The notes: generated by a model not told the origin, from the letters alone. A stretch of 36,811 nucleotides of DNA from a virus (IMGVR_UViG_3300017716_001608:1-36811); one strand, 5' to 3'. Positions 9,325 through 19,606 are shown, counted from the stretch's first letter. Translations and numbers: made by a program.

Positions 9325-9849
9325 TTAATCCCAAAATATTTTAGATATAATTTTGGTTCCTTTTAAATTTTGCACTATTAAAGATTTCATTGCTTCAACT
9401 TGTCTTTCTGATACATTTTCAATAATATAATCTAGAATTTCTTGTTTAATTAAATGTCTATAATCTTTAGTTATTATTTTATGAGCATTGCTTTTTGCTT
9501 CTGGTATTAATAGTGTACCCATTAAACTATACTTCTGATCTTTATATATTCCTATAAATTCATATGTAATTTGAGTAATAACATTAGTAAAATTATTTAT
9601 TTCAATATTTTCTAAGTCCCAACTATATATTATTTCTTCAATTGGTTCAATAGAAAATATAGGTTTAATAACTCTTGTTGTAGGTTTTACTTCTTTTGGT
9701 TTGGTTACTGTACTTTTTACTGCAACCACTGGTTTTACTATAATGGGTTCCTCAACCACAATTTTTTTAATTTTTTCTTTTTTAAAAACTTCAGGTTTAA
9801 TAATTTCTTTAGTTTTTAATATTTTGTTTGTTTTTTTTTTTATATTCAT
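9325..9849 (-). CDS. hypothetical tail-fibre-associated protein
   Basis: 174 aa; Lys/Pro-rich N-terminal half, C-terminal YSWDLENIE...VITQITYEFIG domain; downstream of the S74 fibre. Confidence 0.45.
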   Translation of the reverse strand: MNIKKKTNKILKTKEIIKPEVFKKEKIKKIVVEEPIIVKPVVAVKSTVTKPKEVKPTTRVIKPIFSIEPIEEIIYSWDLENIEINNFTNVITQITYEFIGIYKDQKYSLMGTLLIPEAKSNAHKIITKDYRHLIKQEILDYIIENVSERQVEAMKSLIVQNLKGTKIISKIFWD

Positions 9850-9881
9850 AATATTAATGGTTTATATTAGATTTTTTGTAT

Positions 9882-10370
9882 TTAATCTATAATAGGACAT
9901 ATACCCAAATATTGAAAAGAACAACCTGCATCAATTATAGTCTGATAACCATATTCATTTCCATTTATGTAATATCCTTGGGCAGCGCATGTTGCACAAG
10001 GATTAATGCCATCTTGATAAATAACCGTAGCTAAACTAAAATTAGCATTATTAAGACCATAAGTTTGTGATAAGTAAGGTTGTCCACATGGATTTTGGTT
10101 TGCATCAAAACCAAGAAACATTGTAGTGCAAGCAACAGCTAGTTTATTATAATTATAAAAACTACTCATAGTTATAGGCTGAGATACCGGAGGATGTGAA
10201 GGAGATGATAAATTTATTTGTGGATAAACCTCACCAGAACCATGTGTGTTGCCTCCAAATATTAAATCATATATGAAAATTGGACTGCTAACATTACCAG
10301 AACCATACGTACCGTATAAACACTCTTGAGCTAAACCAAGTAAATTTAATTGTCCTGATGATGGTACCAT
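9882..10370 (-). CDS. putative fibre-tip adhesin / receptor-binding protein
   Basis: N-terminal MVPSSGQLNL...PITMSSFYNY resembles the (P)SSGxIS...SxFY attachment module of small proteins following S74 fibres; Cys-containing C-terminus; starts 2 nt after the fibre stop. Confidence 0.5.
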   Translation of the reverse strand: MVPSSGQLNLLGLAQECLYGTYGSGNVSSPIFIYDLIFGGNTHGSGEVYPQINLSSPSHPPVSQPITMSSFYNYNKLAVACTTMFLGFDANQNPCGQPYLSQTYGLNNANFSLATVIYQDGINPCATCAAQGYYINGNEYGYQTIIDAGCSFQYLGICPIID

Positions 10371-10371
10371 T

Positions 10372-13059
10372 TTATTTTAAACTCTTTTTTAAGAAGTCTA
10401 CTTCTGCACTTAATTCTTTTACTGCTTCAATAAGAACTCCTATTAATTGATTATAATCTACAGTTTTATATGCTACATCTTGATCAACCTCTTTTACCAA
10501 TGGCATTTTGTGTTCTATAACAGCATGTGGAAAAACCTTTTCTACTTCTTGAGCTATTACACCTAAAGAATGTTTACCTTTTCGTGAGCCATATTTCCAT
10601 TCATATTCTACACCTCTTAATTTTTTTACTTTATCAAGAGCATTATCAATTGATACTATATTTTCTTTTAATCTTTTATCAGAAAAAATAGTTGAAAAAG
10701 CTACAACATCACCTAAAAAATCAGCTTTTCCTGCAACATCTATTCTTGCAACTTCAGCAAGATTAGAATATGTTGATATATTTCCATTAGTATTATAATA
10801 TGTATATGTATTTGTACTATTTCCAAAATATTGATTTGCTTGGGGAGTACAATATTGAGGAATAGAAAATACCGTACCTGTTAAATCTAGTCCTATACCT
10901 GCAGTATATGAACTACCACCAGAACCATTTGCTGCTAAGGTAATTCTACCTTGAGCATCTACTGTAATATTTGCGTTAGTGTAAGCTCCTGCTGTAACTG
11001 CAGTATTAGCTAAAGCAATTGTTCCGGTTGATGTTATTGTACCTCCACTTAATCCTGTTCCTGCTACAACGGATGTAACAGAACCATTACCTGTACCTCT
11101 TGCACTAACCTGACCTTGCAATTTACCTAATGCTGCATTTAGAGTATCTGTTGCTGCTAGTGCTGTGTTTGCTCCTGCAGCATAACCTGTTATAGCAGAT
11201 GATAGTGCAATATATGAATTCGGATTAGTTGAATTGTATGGTGTAAATCCTAAAGCTGCTTGTTTATTGTTAAATGTAGTCCAATCTGTACTACTCAAAT
11301 AACCATTTACACTTGTTGTTGCTTGAGTTATTCCAATAGTACCAGTTGATGTAATTGTACCACCTGTTATTGGTGCTGTGGTTGCTATACTTGTAACCGT
11401 TCCTGTTGCTGAACTTGTACCAGCACCAATTGCTGAACGGAAAGTAGCAGCATCTAATGCGGTAACTGTATTATCTGCATTAATTCTAGGGAATGTTATT
11501 GCGGTTGGATTTGTTAATATAAAGAAATTTTGTCCAACTGTTGTTCCTCCCAAAGAAGTTCTTCCAGTTGAAGCAGTTAGTCCTGTAGCTCCACCGTCCC
11601 ATTTTAATCTATCTGTATAAGATGTATCCCAATTTGCTTGACTTGCTGTAGTAGGTATTGAATAACCTGCAGTTAAAGATATAGCTAATGTGCCAGATGT
11701 TGTTATTGGTGAACCACTGACAGTTAACCCCGTAGGAACGGTCATTCCAACTGAAGTAACAGTTCCTGTATTAGATGTTTTGTTATTAAAGGTAGTCCAA
11801 TCCGCTGCACTCAATGCACCACGATTAGCTGCTGATGCTGTTGGTACATTTAAAGTAATTACAGGCGTTGTTGTACTTGTTGCAACTGTAGAACTTAAAT
11901 CTGTACCTGTTGTGCCTAATGTTAATGCAGCAACTGATGTTACTGTACCTTGTGGATTTGCAGCTGTTGTAATAGAAGTTACTCTACCGTAAGTATCAAC
12001 TGTTACTACAGGTATTAAAGATGCCGAACCTGTAGTTCCTGGAGTTGCAATACCTGAAGTTAAATTAATTGTTGGAATTCCTGAAGTACCAGCTATAGTT
12101 AAAGTAGTTGAAGTTATTGAAGTGACAGTTCCACTACCTTTACCATTAAAGATATTCCAATCTGTGCTTGTAAGGTAACCGGATACACTTGTTGTAGCAG
12201 CAGCCATAGAAATAGCTGGAGTTGCACCTCCACTTGAAACTACTGGAGCAGTACCAGTTACAGAAGTAACTGGAGCTGACCCGCTTGATACTGCAGTTAC
12301 TAAACCTTTACCATTAACTGTTACGCTAGCATTTGTAAATGATCCTACATTGGCATTTACAGTAGCTAATGTACCTACTGCAGTAACATTGCCAGATCCG
12401 TTAAATGATGGGCTTGTATAAGTTAAATCACCTGTAATAGCAATCGTCCTACCAGTTGTCAATGAAGCAGCATTACCTGTAATTGATATTCCCCATGTAC
12501 CAGTTGCTCCTGTACCACTGTTTAAAGGATATCTATCATCTAAATCTACAGTTAATGAAGCTAAACCAGTTCTACCTAAAGTTAAAATACCAGTTCCTGT
12601 ATCCCAAGCTAAACTTGATGGATAATTGTTAGTATCTGTTGCAGCTATAGTTATTGTATCTGTTGAAGTATTAGTAGTAATGGTAATATTAGAACCATTT
12701 GCAAAATTTAATGTATCATTATTAATATTAGCAGTTACAGTAGTTTGACCAGAAACCGCAATATTTTTAAATATTGCTTGAGAAGAACCCAAATCTGTAT
12801 TTGTAATAGTGAGTGTACCTGATGAAGTAACTGTTCCTCCACCACTTATTCCTGTACCGGGAGTTATTGTAATAGATGTGACCGTGCCACTTCCTGTACC
12901 TGCTCCAATATCAGAGCGTACTTGAGCAGCAGTTCTATATTTAATTAAACCACTATCTGAAACTAAAAAAGTATCTGATGCTGTAGCTAAATTAGATATA
13001 GTTGATACAGTTAATGTACCAGCTTGTATGTTTTGACTATTTAAAAATCTTATTGCCAT
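10372..13059 (-). CDS. long tail fibre with C-terminal Peptidase_S74 intramolecular chaperone
   Basis: Thr/Gly/Ser-rich; GTVTS(I/V) and (GY)LxxxDWxxFNxK repeats; C-terminal FSDKRLKENI...GVIAQEVEKVFP...VDYNQLIGVLIEAVKEL. Confidence 0.85.
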   Translation of the reverse strand: MAIRFLNSQNIQAGTLTVSTISNLATASDTFLVSDSGLIKYRTAAQVRSDIGAGTGSGTVTSITITPGTGISGGGTVTSSGTLTITNTDLGSSQAIFKNIAVSGQTTVTANINNDTLNFANGSNITITTNTSTDTITIAATDTNNYPSSLAWDTGTGILTLGRTGLASLTVDLDDRYPLNSGTGATGTWGISITGNAASLTTGRTIAITGDLTYTSPSFNGSGNVTAVGTLATVNANVGSFTNASVTVNGKGLVTAVSSGSAPVTSVTGTAPVVSSGGATPAISMAAATTSVSGYLTSTDWNIFNGKGSGTVTSITSTTLTIAGTSGIPTINLTSGIATPGTTGSASLIPVVTVDTYGRVTSITTAANPQGTVTSVAALTLGTTGTDLSSTVATSTTTPVITLNVPTASAANRGALSAADWTTFNNKTSNTGTVTSVGMTVPTGLTVSGSPITTSGTLAISLTAGYSIPTTASQANWDTSYTDRLKWDGGATGLTASTGRTSLGGTTVGQNFFILTNPTAITFPRINADNTVTALDAATFRSAIGAGTSSATGTVTSIATTAPITGGTITSTGTIGITQATTSVNGYLSSTDWTTFNNKQAALGFTPYNSTNPNSYIALSSAITGYAAGANTALAATDTLNAALGKLQGQVSARGTGNGSVTSVVAGTGLSGGTITSTGTIALANTAVTAGAYTNANITVDAQGRITLAANGSGGSSYTAGIGLDLTGTVFSIPQYCTPQANQYFGNSTNTYTYYNTNGNISTYSNLAEVARIDVAGKADFLGDVVAFSTIFSDKRLKENIVSIDNALDKVKKLRGVEYEWKYGSRKGKHSLGVIAQEVEKVFPHAVIEHKMPLVKEVDQDVAYKTVDYNQLIGVLIEAVKELSAEVDFLKKSLK

Positions 13060-13107
13060 CTATCTATTTTTTGTATTGGTTCCAAAAATACAATTTATTA
13101 TTTATTA

Positions 13108-13145
13108 AAAGAGGGAAATCACGGATTATTGTGAAATCCCTCTTT
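13108..13145 (-). terminator. hairpin / probable (partial) terminator between the two fibre genes
   Basis: AAAGAGGGA-UU-UCAC...GUGA-UU-UCCCUCUUU inverted repeat. Confidence 0.6.
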
Positions 13146-13160
13146 ATAAATAAATATTAT

Positions 13161-15407
13161 TTATCCTATTTTTGTAACTAATACTCTAATAGGATTTACA
13201 GGAGGTGTGCCAAATGTAATAGTTAATGTATTTGCACTTGTTCTAACAACATCTGCAAAAACTGTATCTAAAAGAATTGTATCATATAATTGAACAATTA
13301 CATCTGCTGTATTTAAACTGTGAGTAACAACTCCTGTAGCAGTAACTGTTACTTTGTATTCTCTTGCAACAACAACAGCAGCAGAAAGTGTATTTATATT
13401 AGAAACTAATTGAGCTGGAGTTATAGCTTTAGTAGTAACTGAACCTGCAGTAGCTTCAGCATCACTAGCAATTAAAATTACACCAGGATTTGCTGTAGTT
13501 GATGATTGAATGTTCTCACTGGTAAATGCTGTGATAACACCATTTGTTAATGAAACAGTATTAATTACCGCAACACCTGATGCACCATTGTTTCCAATAT
13601 CAATACTTGTACTTGTACCAACAGTAGGGTTATATGTTCCTGTAGTTTGTGTACCTAAAATAACACCACCTGCTTTAATGGTAACTTCACCACCCGCACT
13701 TACTGCAAAACTTGCAGCAGCAAAACTGGCAATACCCACTGTAGTTGTAGTAGCTAAATCAATATTATTTTGAACTCTTGTCCAGTCAGTTAATACTGTA
13801 GGTGTATTAACATTTGCAATAAGCAAATCACCTATTCTAACTTGTTCACTAAAGAAAGTACCATCTGCTGTAACAGTATAAGTAAATCCTTTATTAACAG
13901 TGACTGTAGGAGGTACATCCAAGTTAGGTGTATTTGTAGAAGCATTGTAACCACCTTGATAAATTAAAGCACCAGAACCAGCAAATGTAGTATCTACATA
14001 GTTTTTAGTAGCAGCATGTTGAGCAGAAGTAGGATCAACAACGTTTGTTAATTTAAATGTATTAATACTTAAATCTGCAGTTGGTACAGCTAATTGACTT
14101 AATGATAAACCTGAAATTAATGCTTTAGATGCATTACCTGTTGCAACATTATGAATAAAGATTGAATCCACACCAAGTGCTGTAGCAGCGGTAGCAGAAT
14201 TTACAATGTTACTTGCTCCAGCATATAGAACAGAAAGAGTACCTGTAGAAGTAATAGTACCACCAGTTAAACCAGTTCCTGTAGCAACACTTGTTACAGT
14301 ACCTAAATTTGATGCATTAATAGTTACAGTAGTTCCAGTTACAGAAGTTGTAATACCTGTACCTCCAGAAAATGTAAATGTACCACTAGTTGTAAGTGCA
14401 GTACCTGTACCTGATCCAGCAGCTAATGTGATAGATGTAACTGTACCTCCAGAATTTGTGGAATTAATGGTATAGTTTGATTGTGAACCTGAGATTGTTA
14501 TATTGGTTCCTGCAGTAAGTGCAAGTACACCAGTATTAGCAATAGTTACAGTTGGATTACCTCCACCTGCTGCTACTGTAGTTGTTATACCAGAACCAGC
14601 AAGAATACTTGCGGTTGTGCCTGTTGCAACAGCTTGAGCAACTCCAGTACTAGCACCTATATTCCAACCTGCATAACCAGCAGCAATAGTAGCCCATGTA
14701 TTATCACCTCTTAAATAAGTAGATGCACTTGGTGTGCCTGTTGCACTTAAACTTACTGTAATAGCAGGTGTTGTTGTTGAAGTAGCTATAGAAGTTGAAA
14801 CAAATGTAGAAGCAACACCAGTAACGTTTGTTACAGTACCATCAGCACCAAATCCAGGGAATGTAGAAATTAAAGCTTTCTTAATTGTGCTATCTGTAGC
14901 ATCACTAAACCATAATGTATCTTCACCTAATGGAGTAGCCGCAGTAGCAGCTAAGATTGCATTGGTTGCACCTGCATAAAGAATGTTAACTGTAGGAGTT
15001 ATGGTAGTTGTTCCTGTTACTGAAATACCAGTTCCACTAGATACAGAAGTTACTGTACCTGCAGCTGAATCAGTTCCTGTAATTGTTAATTGTGAAGCAC
15101 TTGTTCTAGTAATAACAACTGTACCTGCACCTGTTAATGTAACATCATTAGTAGTAGAATCACTACCTGTTAATCTAATTGCTGTTCCACTTGGAGCTGT
15201 AGCTAAAGTATAAGTTGTATTAATATCTGTACCAGAATTAATAGGAACCCAAGCACTAGCCGTTCTTAATTGTAACTTGTCTGTTACTGTGTCATAATAA
15301 ATTTGCCCTTCCGTTGCCGTTGCAGGGACTGTGCCTAAATTCTGAATAACTGCAAATTGCAGTTCATTCTGATTCAGGTTAATACTACTTAGATATTTAA
15401 TTGCCAT
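13161..15407 (-). CDS. fibre protein (proximal segment)
   Basis: 748 aa, Thr/Gly/Ala-rich with GTVTS repeats, DPTSAQHAATKNYVD fibre motif and C-terminal VTHSLN...LTITF domain. Confidence 0.75.
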   Translation of the reverse strand: MAIKYLSSINLNQNELQFAVIQNLGTVPATATEGQIYYDTVTDKLQLRTASAWVPINSGTDINTTYTLATAPSGTAIRLTGSDSTTNDVTLTGAGTVVITRTSASQLTITGTDSAAGTVTSVSSGTGISVTGTTTITPTVNILYAGATNAILAATAATPLGEDTLWFSDATDSTIKKALISTFPGFGADGTVTNVTGVASTFVSTSIATSTTTPAITVSLSATGTPSASTYLRGDNTWATIAAGYAGWNIGASTGVAQAVATGTTASILAGSGITTTVAAGGGNPTVTIANTGVLALTAGTNITISGSQSNYTINSTNSGGTVTSITLAAGSGTGTALTTSGTFTFSGGTGITTSVTGTTVTINASNLGTVTSVATGTGLTGGTITSTGTLSVLYAGASNIVNSATAATALGVDSIFIHNVATGNASKALISGLSLSQLAVPTADLSINTFKLTNVVDPTSAQHAATKNYVDTTFAGSGALIYQGGYNASTNTPNLDVPPTVTVNKGFTYTVTADGTFFSEQVRIGDLLIANVNTPTVLTDWTRVQNNIDLATTTTVGIASFAAASFAVSAGGEVTIKAGGVILGTQTTGTYNPTVGTSTSIDIGNNGASGVAVINTVSLTNGVITAFTSENIQSSTTANPGVILIASDAEATAGSVTTKAITPAQLVSNINTLSAAVVVAREYKVTVTATGVVTHSLNTADVIVQLYDTILLDTVFADVVRTSANTLTITFGTPPVNPIRVLVTKIG

Positions 15408-15444
15408 GATTTTTGTTTTTTTATGTTATTGTTTATGTTATTTT

Positions 15445-15945
15445 TTAATTTAAATATGCATATCCTGCAAAAGCGGATGTAAATGTTATTGTTAATATGT
15501 TTGAACTATTATATGTAATATCTCCAACAACAACTTGATTTAAATTATCAACTACTGTTACTGAAGGAAAGCTTCCTAAATTATGAGTTATTACCCAGAC
15601 TGATAATGGTACATCTTGTGTATGTATAAATGTTCCTGTATTGCATAATATTTCTTCAAGATCTATTATTGTACAAACATTAGTTGGTATTACAGGACAA
15701 GACATACTTGCTGCAGCATTAATAGAAACAAGTGGTTCAATAAATATACCTACTTGACCACTATCAATAATTGTTTTTGTAGAAGCACTATTTTGCCAAT
15801 CACATAAGTACTTATTTAAAGTAGCTGTTTCAAAGTCAATATAGCAACAAGGTGTTATGCCAAATTTAATTTCTTTAAAATTTGTATATGCTTGTATTGC
15901 AAAACTTTGCTCAGTCTTAATCCTTTTAATAAGTGTTTGCTCCAT
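15445..15945 (-). CDS. putative fibre-attachment/hub protein
   Basis: 166 aa; N-terminal FGITPCC, C-terminal WVITHNLGSFPSVTVVD...LTITF...GYAYLN domain. Confidence 0.5.
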   Translation of the reverse strand: MEQTLIKRIKTEQSFAIQAYTNFKEIKFGITPCCYIDFETATLNKYLCDWQNSASTKTIIDSGQVGIFIEPLVSINAAASMSCPVIPTNVCTIIDLEEILCNTGTFIHTQDVPLSVWVITHNLGSFPSVTVVDNLNQVVVGDITYNSSNILTITFTSAFAGYAYLN

Positions 15946-15948
15946 ATT

Positions 15949-16152
15949 TTATTTATTTCTAAAATCTCTTATTTGTTGAGCTGCTAATTCTAAATTTAAA
16001 CTTCTTGTAGATAAAACTTCTTGTTGAGTATTACCACTTAATTTTTTAGCTTCCCATTCATTTACACATGTTTTACATATGGCTACACCTTGATTATCAA
16101 ATGCTTTTTGACAACCACAAGTAAACGTTTTATTACAATTTGCACACTCCAT
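15949..16152 (-). CDS. small Cys-rich (Zn-finger-like) protein
   Basis: CANC...CGC...CKTC. Confidence 0.55.
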   Translation of the reverse strand: MECANCNKTFTCGCQKAFDNQGVAICKTCVNEWEAKKLSGNTQQEVLSTRSLNLELAAQQIRDFRNK

Positions 16153-16194
16153 TTTTTTGGTTTTTGGTTTATTTAAATGTCTATTTTTATACTA

Positions 16195-16767
16195 TTAGTA
16201 TAAATATGTATGTCCACTGCAATTTCCAGTTGGACAAATTATTTTATTTAATCTTTGTTTTGCATAATTATATAGTTGCATTCCTTGAGCTGAAGATTGA
16301 CAATATTCTACATTAGCTACTGCAGCATCTATCATTATTTTAATATAGCCCATTTCATCTAATAACTGTTGTTTATATGTTTCTGGTTGACATGCTTGAA
16401 TATCTAAATCACATAAGACTTCATAATATTTGGTTAATAACCTTGTAGTTCTTAAATGATTATACTCCACATATACTTTTAAATTTGGAGAAACACTATA
16501 TCTAATTATGTAAATACCATCAGGAATTTCTTGTTGAGTAGTTCCGCAATTAACAGTTTGTAATGCAAGAGCACATGCTGTTAAACACATGTCAAAATCT
16601 TTATTTACTTTAAGTAAAACAGGAACGGTAAATCCAGGTAGTGTAATTAACAATTCTTCACAATCAACTGCAAGATCTGCAGAATACTGACTTGTATCTT
16701 TAATACATAAAAGATTACAATTAGAAACTGTTGGTATTTCTAAACTTAATATATGTTTATCTGCCAT
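16195..16767 (-). CDS. putative tail hub/neck structural protein
   Basis: 190 aa; IPDGIYIIRYSVSP motif, Cys-rich, within the structural block. Confidence 0.5.
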   Translation of the reverse strand: MADKHILSLEIPTVSNCNLLCIKDTSQYSADLAVDCEELLITLPGFTVPVLLKVNKDFDMCLTACALALQTVNCGTTQQEIPDGIYIIRYSVSPNLKVYVEYNHLRTTRLLTKYYEVLCDLDIQACQPETYKQQLLDEMGYIKIMIDAAVANVEYCQSSAQGMQLYNYAKQRLNKIICPTGNCSGHTYLY

Positions 16768-16795
16768 TTTTATTTATTTTAATACACTATATATA

Positions 16796-16809
16796 TATAA
16801 TATACAAAA
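16796..16809 (-). promoter_or_regulatory. putative phage late promoter TTTTGTATATTATA
   Basis: Lies just downstream of terminator 16824-16860, where re-initiation is needed. Confidence 0.6.
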
Positions 16810-16823
16810 AAAATAGAATAAAT

Positions 16824-16860
16824 AAAAAAAAGAGTAGGAGTTTTTTATTACCCCTACTCT
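16824..16860 (-). terminator. intrinsic terminator
   Basis: AGAGUAGGGGU...ACUCCUACUCU followed by U7. Confidence 0.85.
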
Positions 16861-16893
16861 AATTTTATAACATTCTATTTTTAGAGGTAAATT

Positions 16894-18357
16894 TTACCAG
16901 TAGCTATTTGTTTCTAAAGCAATAGGATTACCTGCGGTATTTGCTAAAGCAACCATTTTGTTAACCAATGCTAATACATTTGTGTTAGCAGTTGTATCTG
17001 AACACTTAACATATATTTGGTATACATATTGGTCATTATCAAAAACACCAGTAGGATTATTAAATCTAGGAACAGTGTGTTGAATATAGTATGCTTTATA
17101 AGTAACAGCTCTATCAACAGAAGCTAAAAGTTCATCAGACATTTCAATTTCTCTAATTCTTGAACTATCAGTATTTCCTTGGTTAAAAGGAGATTGTCTG
17201 TATGATTCAGATAGAATTAAATCTCTAACTACACTTTCACCTTGAGTTTGTTGCATTTGACCAGGAGTGCTTGTAGCAACACCACAATCATTACATGGGT
17301 TTCCAGTTTCATCAAGAATAGAAGCAATGATAACTACAGGTTCAGCGTTAAAATGATCTCTAGTATCAAATGAACAGTTACCAAATTTAGTATCAACATA
17401 AGCTCCTACAAAATGAACTGTAGCACTAACTTTAGTTGCACCATTAGGATCAGTTGAAGGAGTATAATTTCCAGAAGCAGCAGTACCTAAAGCTTGAGCA
17501 ATAGTATATACAGTTTGTACACTTACACCTGCAGTAGTTAAAGTTACAACAACACCACCAACAGTAAGAGCAGTAACTGTAAAAGTTCCACCAGTACCAC
17601 CAGCAACAGTTAATACATCACCTACAGTATATCCAGTACCACGTGCAGCAATATTAAATGTAGCAATAGCACCAGAAGTTACAGTTAAAATATTAACTTT
17701 AAATCCAGAACCAGTACCACCAGTAGTAGCAACACCAGAAGCAACAGAGTATCCAGAACCACCAGCCAATGTAGCAGTTTGAACACCATTAGGATCACCT
17801 TCAGCAACAAACGGTTTAATTAATGGATTAGCAAGAACCATTTGAGCCATTGCAGCTGAAACTAATGTAACATCTAAAAACAATTGATTATCAATGCAAC
17901 AAATGTTTGCACTATCACCAATTGAATAAGCATTGTGATTTAAGAAACGTAATGTAGGAGAACCCTTAACATCCATTCTCATAAATTGAGTTTTTCCACA
18001 AGGAGCACAATCAGAAGCTAATGATAAAGTAGCAGTAGATTGTACTGCACTTATACAATTAGTTTCCCATACTCTTGAGATAAACTTAGGATTGATACCT
18101 TTTGATTTAACAGATTCCTTGTAACCACCGTTACCTGGATTGTTTCCAATTGTATCTCTAGTGTAATAGCTACCTTGTACAAGATAAGCCAATGAGTTAG
18201 CTGGTAAAGTACCTCCGGAAATGGCAATTGTTTGCCATGTTGCATCAGTAACTATACCAAGTTGTCCAGCAGTTAATGCTGAGGTTGCAGTTCCGGCAGA
18301 AGCCTGTGTGGAAGTTGCAACAAACGTTTTGTAAAACGCATGATTAAAATAAGCCAT
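16894..18357 (-). CDS. abundant virion protein (auxiliary capsid-like, crAss gene 73 position)
   Basis: 487 aa with its own promoter-like motif and terminator; position in the MCP block; C-terminal YYIQHTVPRFNNPTGVFDNDQY. Confidence 0.55.
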   Translation of the reverse strand: MAYFNHAFYKTFVATSTQASAGTATSALTAGQLGIVTDATWQTIAISGGTLPANSLAYLVQGSYYTRDTIGNNPGNGGYKESVKSKGINPKFISRVWETNCISAVQSTATLSLASDCAPCGKTQFMRMDVKGSPTLRFLNHNAYSIGDSANICCIDNQLFLDVTLVSAAMAQMVLANPLIKPFVAEGDPNGVQTATLAGGSGYSVASGVATTGGTGSGFKVNILTVTSGAIATFNIAARGTGYTVGDVLTVAGGTGGTFTVTALTVGGVVVTLTTAGVSVQTVYTIAQALGTAASGNYTPSTDPNGATKVSATVHFVGAYVDTKFGNCSFDTRDHFNAEPVVIIASILDETGNPCNDCGVATSTPGQMQQTQGESVVRDLILSESYRQSPFNQGNTDSSRIREIEMSDELLASVDRAVTYKAYYIQHTVPRFNNPTGVFDNDQYVYQIYVKCSDTTANTNVLALVNKMVALANTAGNPIALETNSYW

Positions 18358-18438
18358 AATTTTTGTTTTTTTTGTTTATAAATATATAATTTGTACTTTG
18401 TGTACACTATAATATAAGAAAATTTTTTTAATTTTCAA

Positions 18439-18885
18439 TTATAATAAGAAAATTAATTTATATTTTGCTGTATTAATAGATTCTTTTACAAGATCTAAGT
18501 TATTTACAATTTCTGAATAAGGCATAATTGATTGTAATTCTGTTACTTCTTCAGTTAATTTTTTTAAATATATAATTGCTTCTTTTACATTATTTAAAAC
18601 CACAGGTGCATCATTTTCATATTTTAATAATGTTTCTGATGCTCCTTGAAATCCTTCTGCTAATTTATCAGCATGTTCATGCATATTATTATATAACTCA
18701 TTTAAAGCTAAATGTTGAGCAAATGAACCAACACCTGAAACTTGTAAATGTAATTTATGCAAACTTGTTGTAGCATTCATTAAAGCAGTAACCACTTGAG
18801 AAGTTTCTTGTGCTAATTCAGCACCAGGTCTTTTTAAAGTTTTTCCATTTTTTTCTTCTTGGTTTATATTTTTTAATGTCCTCAT
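18439..18885 (-). CDS. Dps/ferritin-like four-helix protein (DUF5856-like)
   Basis: LHKLHLQV...FAQHLALNELY...ADKLAEGFQG...KYKL matches the Dps-type H/H/D/E pattern. Confidence 0.75.
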   Translation of the reverse strand: MRTLKNINQEEKNGKTLKRPGAELAQETSQVVTALMNATTSLHKLHLQVSGVGSFAQHLALNELYNNMHEHADKLAEGFQGASETLLKYENDAPVVLNNVKEAIIYLKKLTEEVTELQSIMPYSEIVNNLDLVKESINTAKYKLIFLL

Positions 18886-18888
18886 TTT

Positions 18889-19596
18889 TTAATTATTTCT
18901 TTCAGCTTCTGATTGTCCCCTTTGTTGCTGATACATATTTTCAATATCTCCAGCAATAAGTGAGGCTGTATCATCTAGCATTAGTTCAACAACATCATCT
19001 TTAAATTGACAAGGAATATTAGTTATACTAACAATTCCTGTATATGGATCAACACAACCTAGTATCTGTATATATATTGGCTTTTGATAATATGTCAATA
19101 CAGGATTCACAATATTAAAATTTGGGTTTCTATAAATTCTAATCTTATTACCCAACATTGTACAAAAAGTTTCACCCCATTCAAAATCAGGATTTTTTAA
19201 AGGATCTCTTAGTAATAGATTTACATTAGCTTCTTCAGCTAAATAAACTGTCATTGATCTTGGATCTAAACAACATTCACTAGTAGCATCTGTACTTATT
19301 CTTTTAAATTCTAAATATGTATTTACTGGAAAATTATTTGTTTCAAAATAATTATCTGTAACTGTTCCTGTTAATGACAATTCTCTTAATAAAGGTTGTA
19401 AATCATCAATTCTTCTTTTAGATAATTCATCTCCTTCTTTATACATGTTGCCACCATGCAGATTTCTTCTACACCATTCTAATTGCACCTTGTTAAATGC
19501 TTCAACAAATTGCCAGCATTCTATATTATCATAGTCCTGGCTATCAAGTTTATTTAATCTTTGCTTTAATTTAATTAAAAGTGTAGCGTTATTCAT
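18889..19596 (-). CDS. head-tail connector / ring protein (crAss gene 74-like)
   Basis: 235 aa; LNKLDSQDY...FNKVQ...KRRIDDLQPLL...LTYYQKP pattern and position after the MCP. Confidence 0.65.
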   Translation of the reverse strand: MNNATLLIKLKQRLNKLDSQDYDNIECWQFVEAFNKVQLEWCRRNLHGGNMYKEGDELSKRRIDDLQPLLRELSLTGTVTDNYFETNNFPVNTYLEFKRISTDATSECCLDPRSMTVYLAEEANVNLLLRDPLKNPDFEWGETFCTMLGNKIRIYRNPNFNIVNPVLTYYQKPIYIQILGCVDPYTGIVSITNIPCQFKDDVVELMLDDTASLIAGDIENMYQQQRGQSEAERNN

Positions 19597-19606
19597 TTTT
19601 TATCTT

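Noticed and set aside
11378-15213. Several plus-strand Val/Pro-rich ORFs (11378, 11690, 13510, 14206, 14734, 14983)
   Set aside because: Antisense shadows of Thr/Gly-rich fibre codons, with no leaders or protein-like features
10372-15407. Recurrent GTVTS-encoding DNA repeats as a possible CRISPR array or DGR template/variable repeat pair
   Set aside because: Repeats are in-frame, degenerate at synonymous positions and irregularly spaced; I saw no adenine-specific TR/VR pair and no reverse transcriptase in the window
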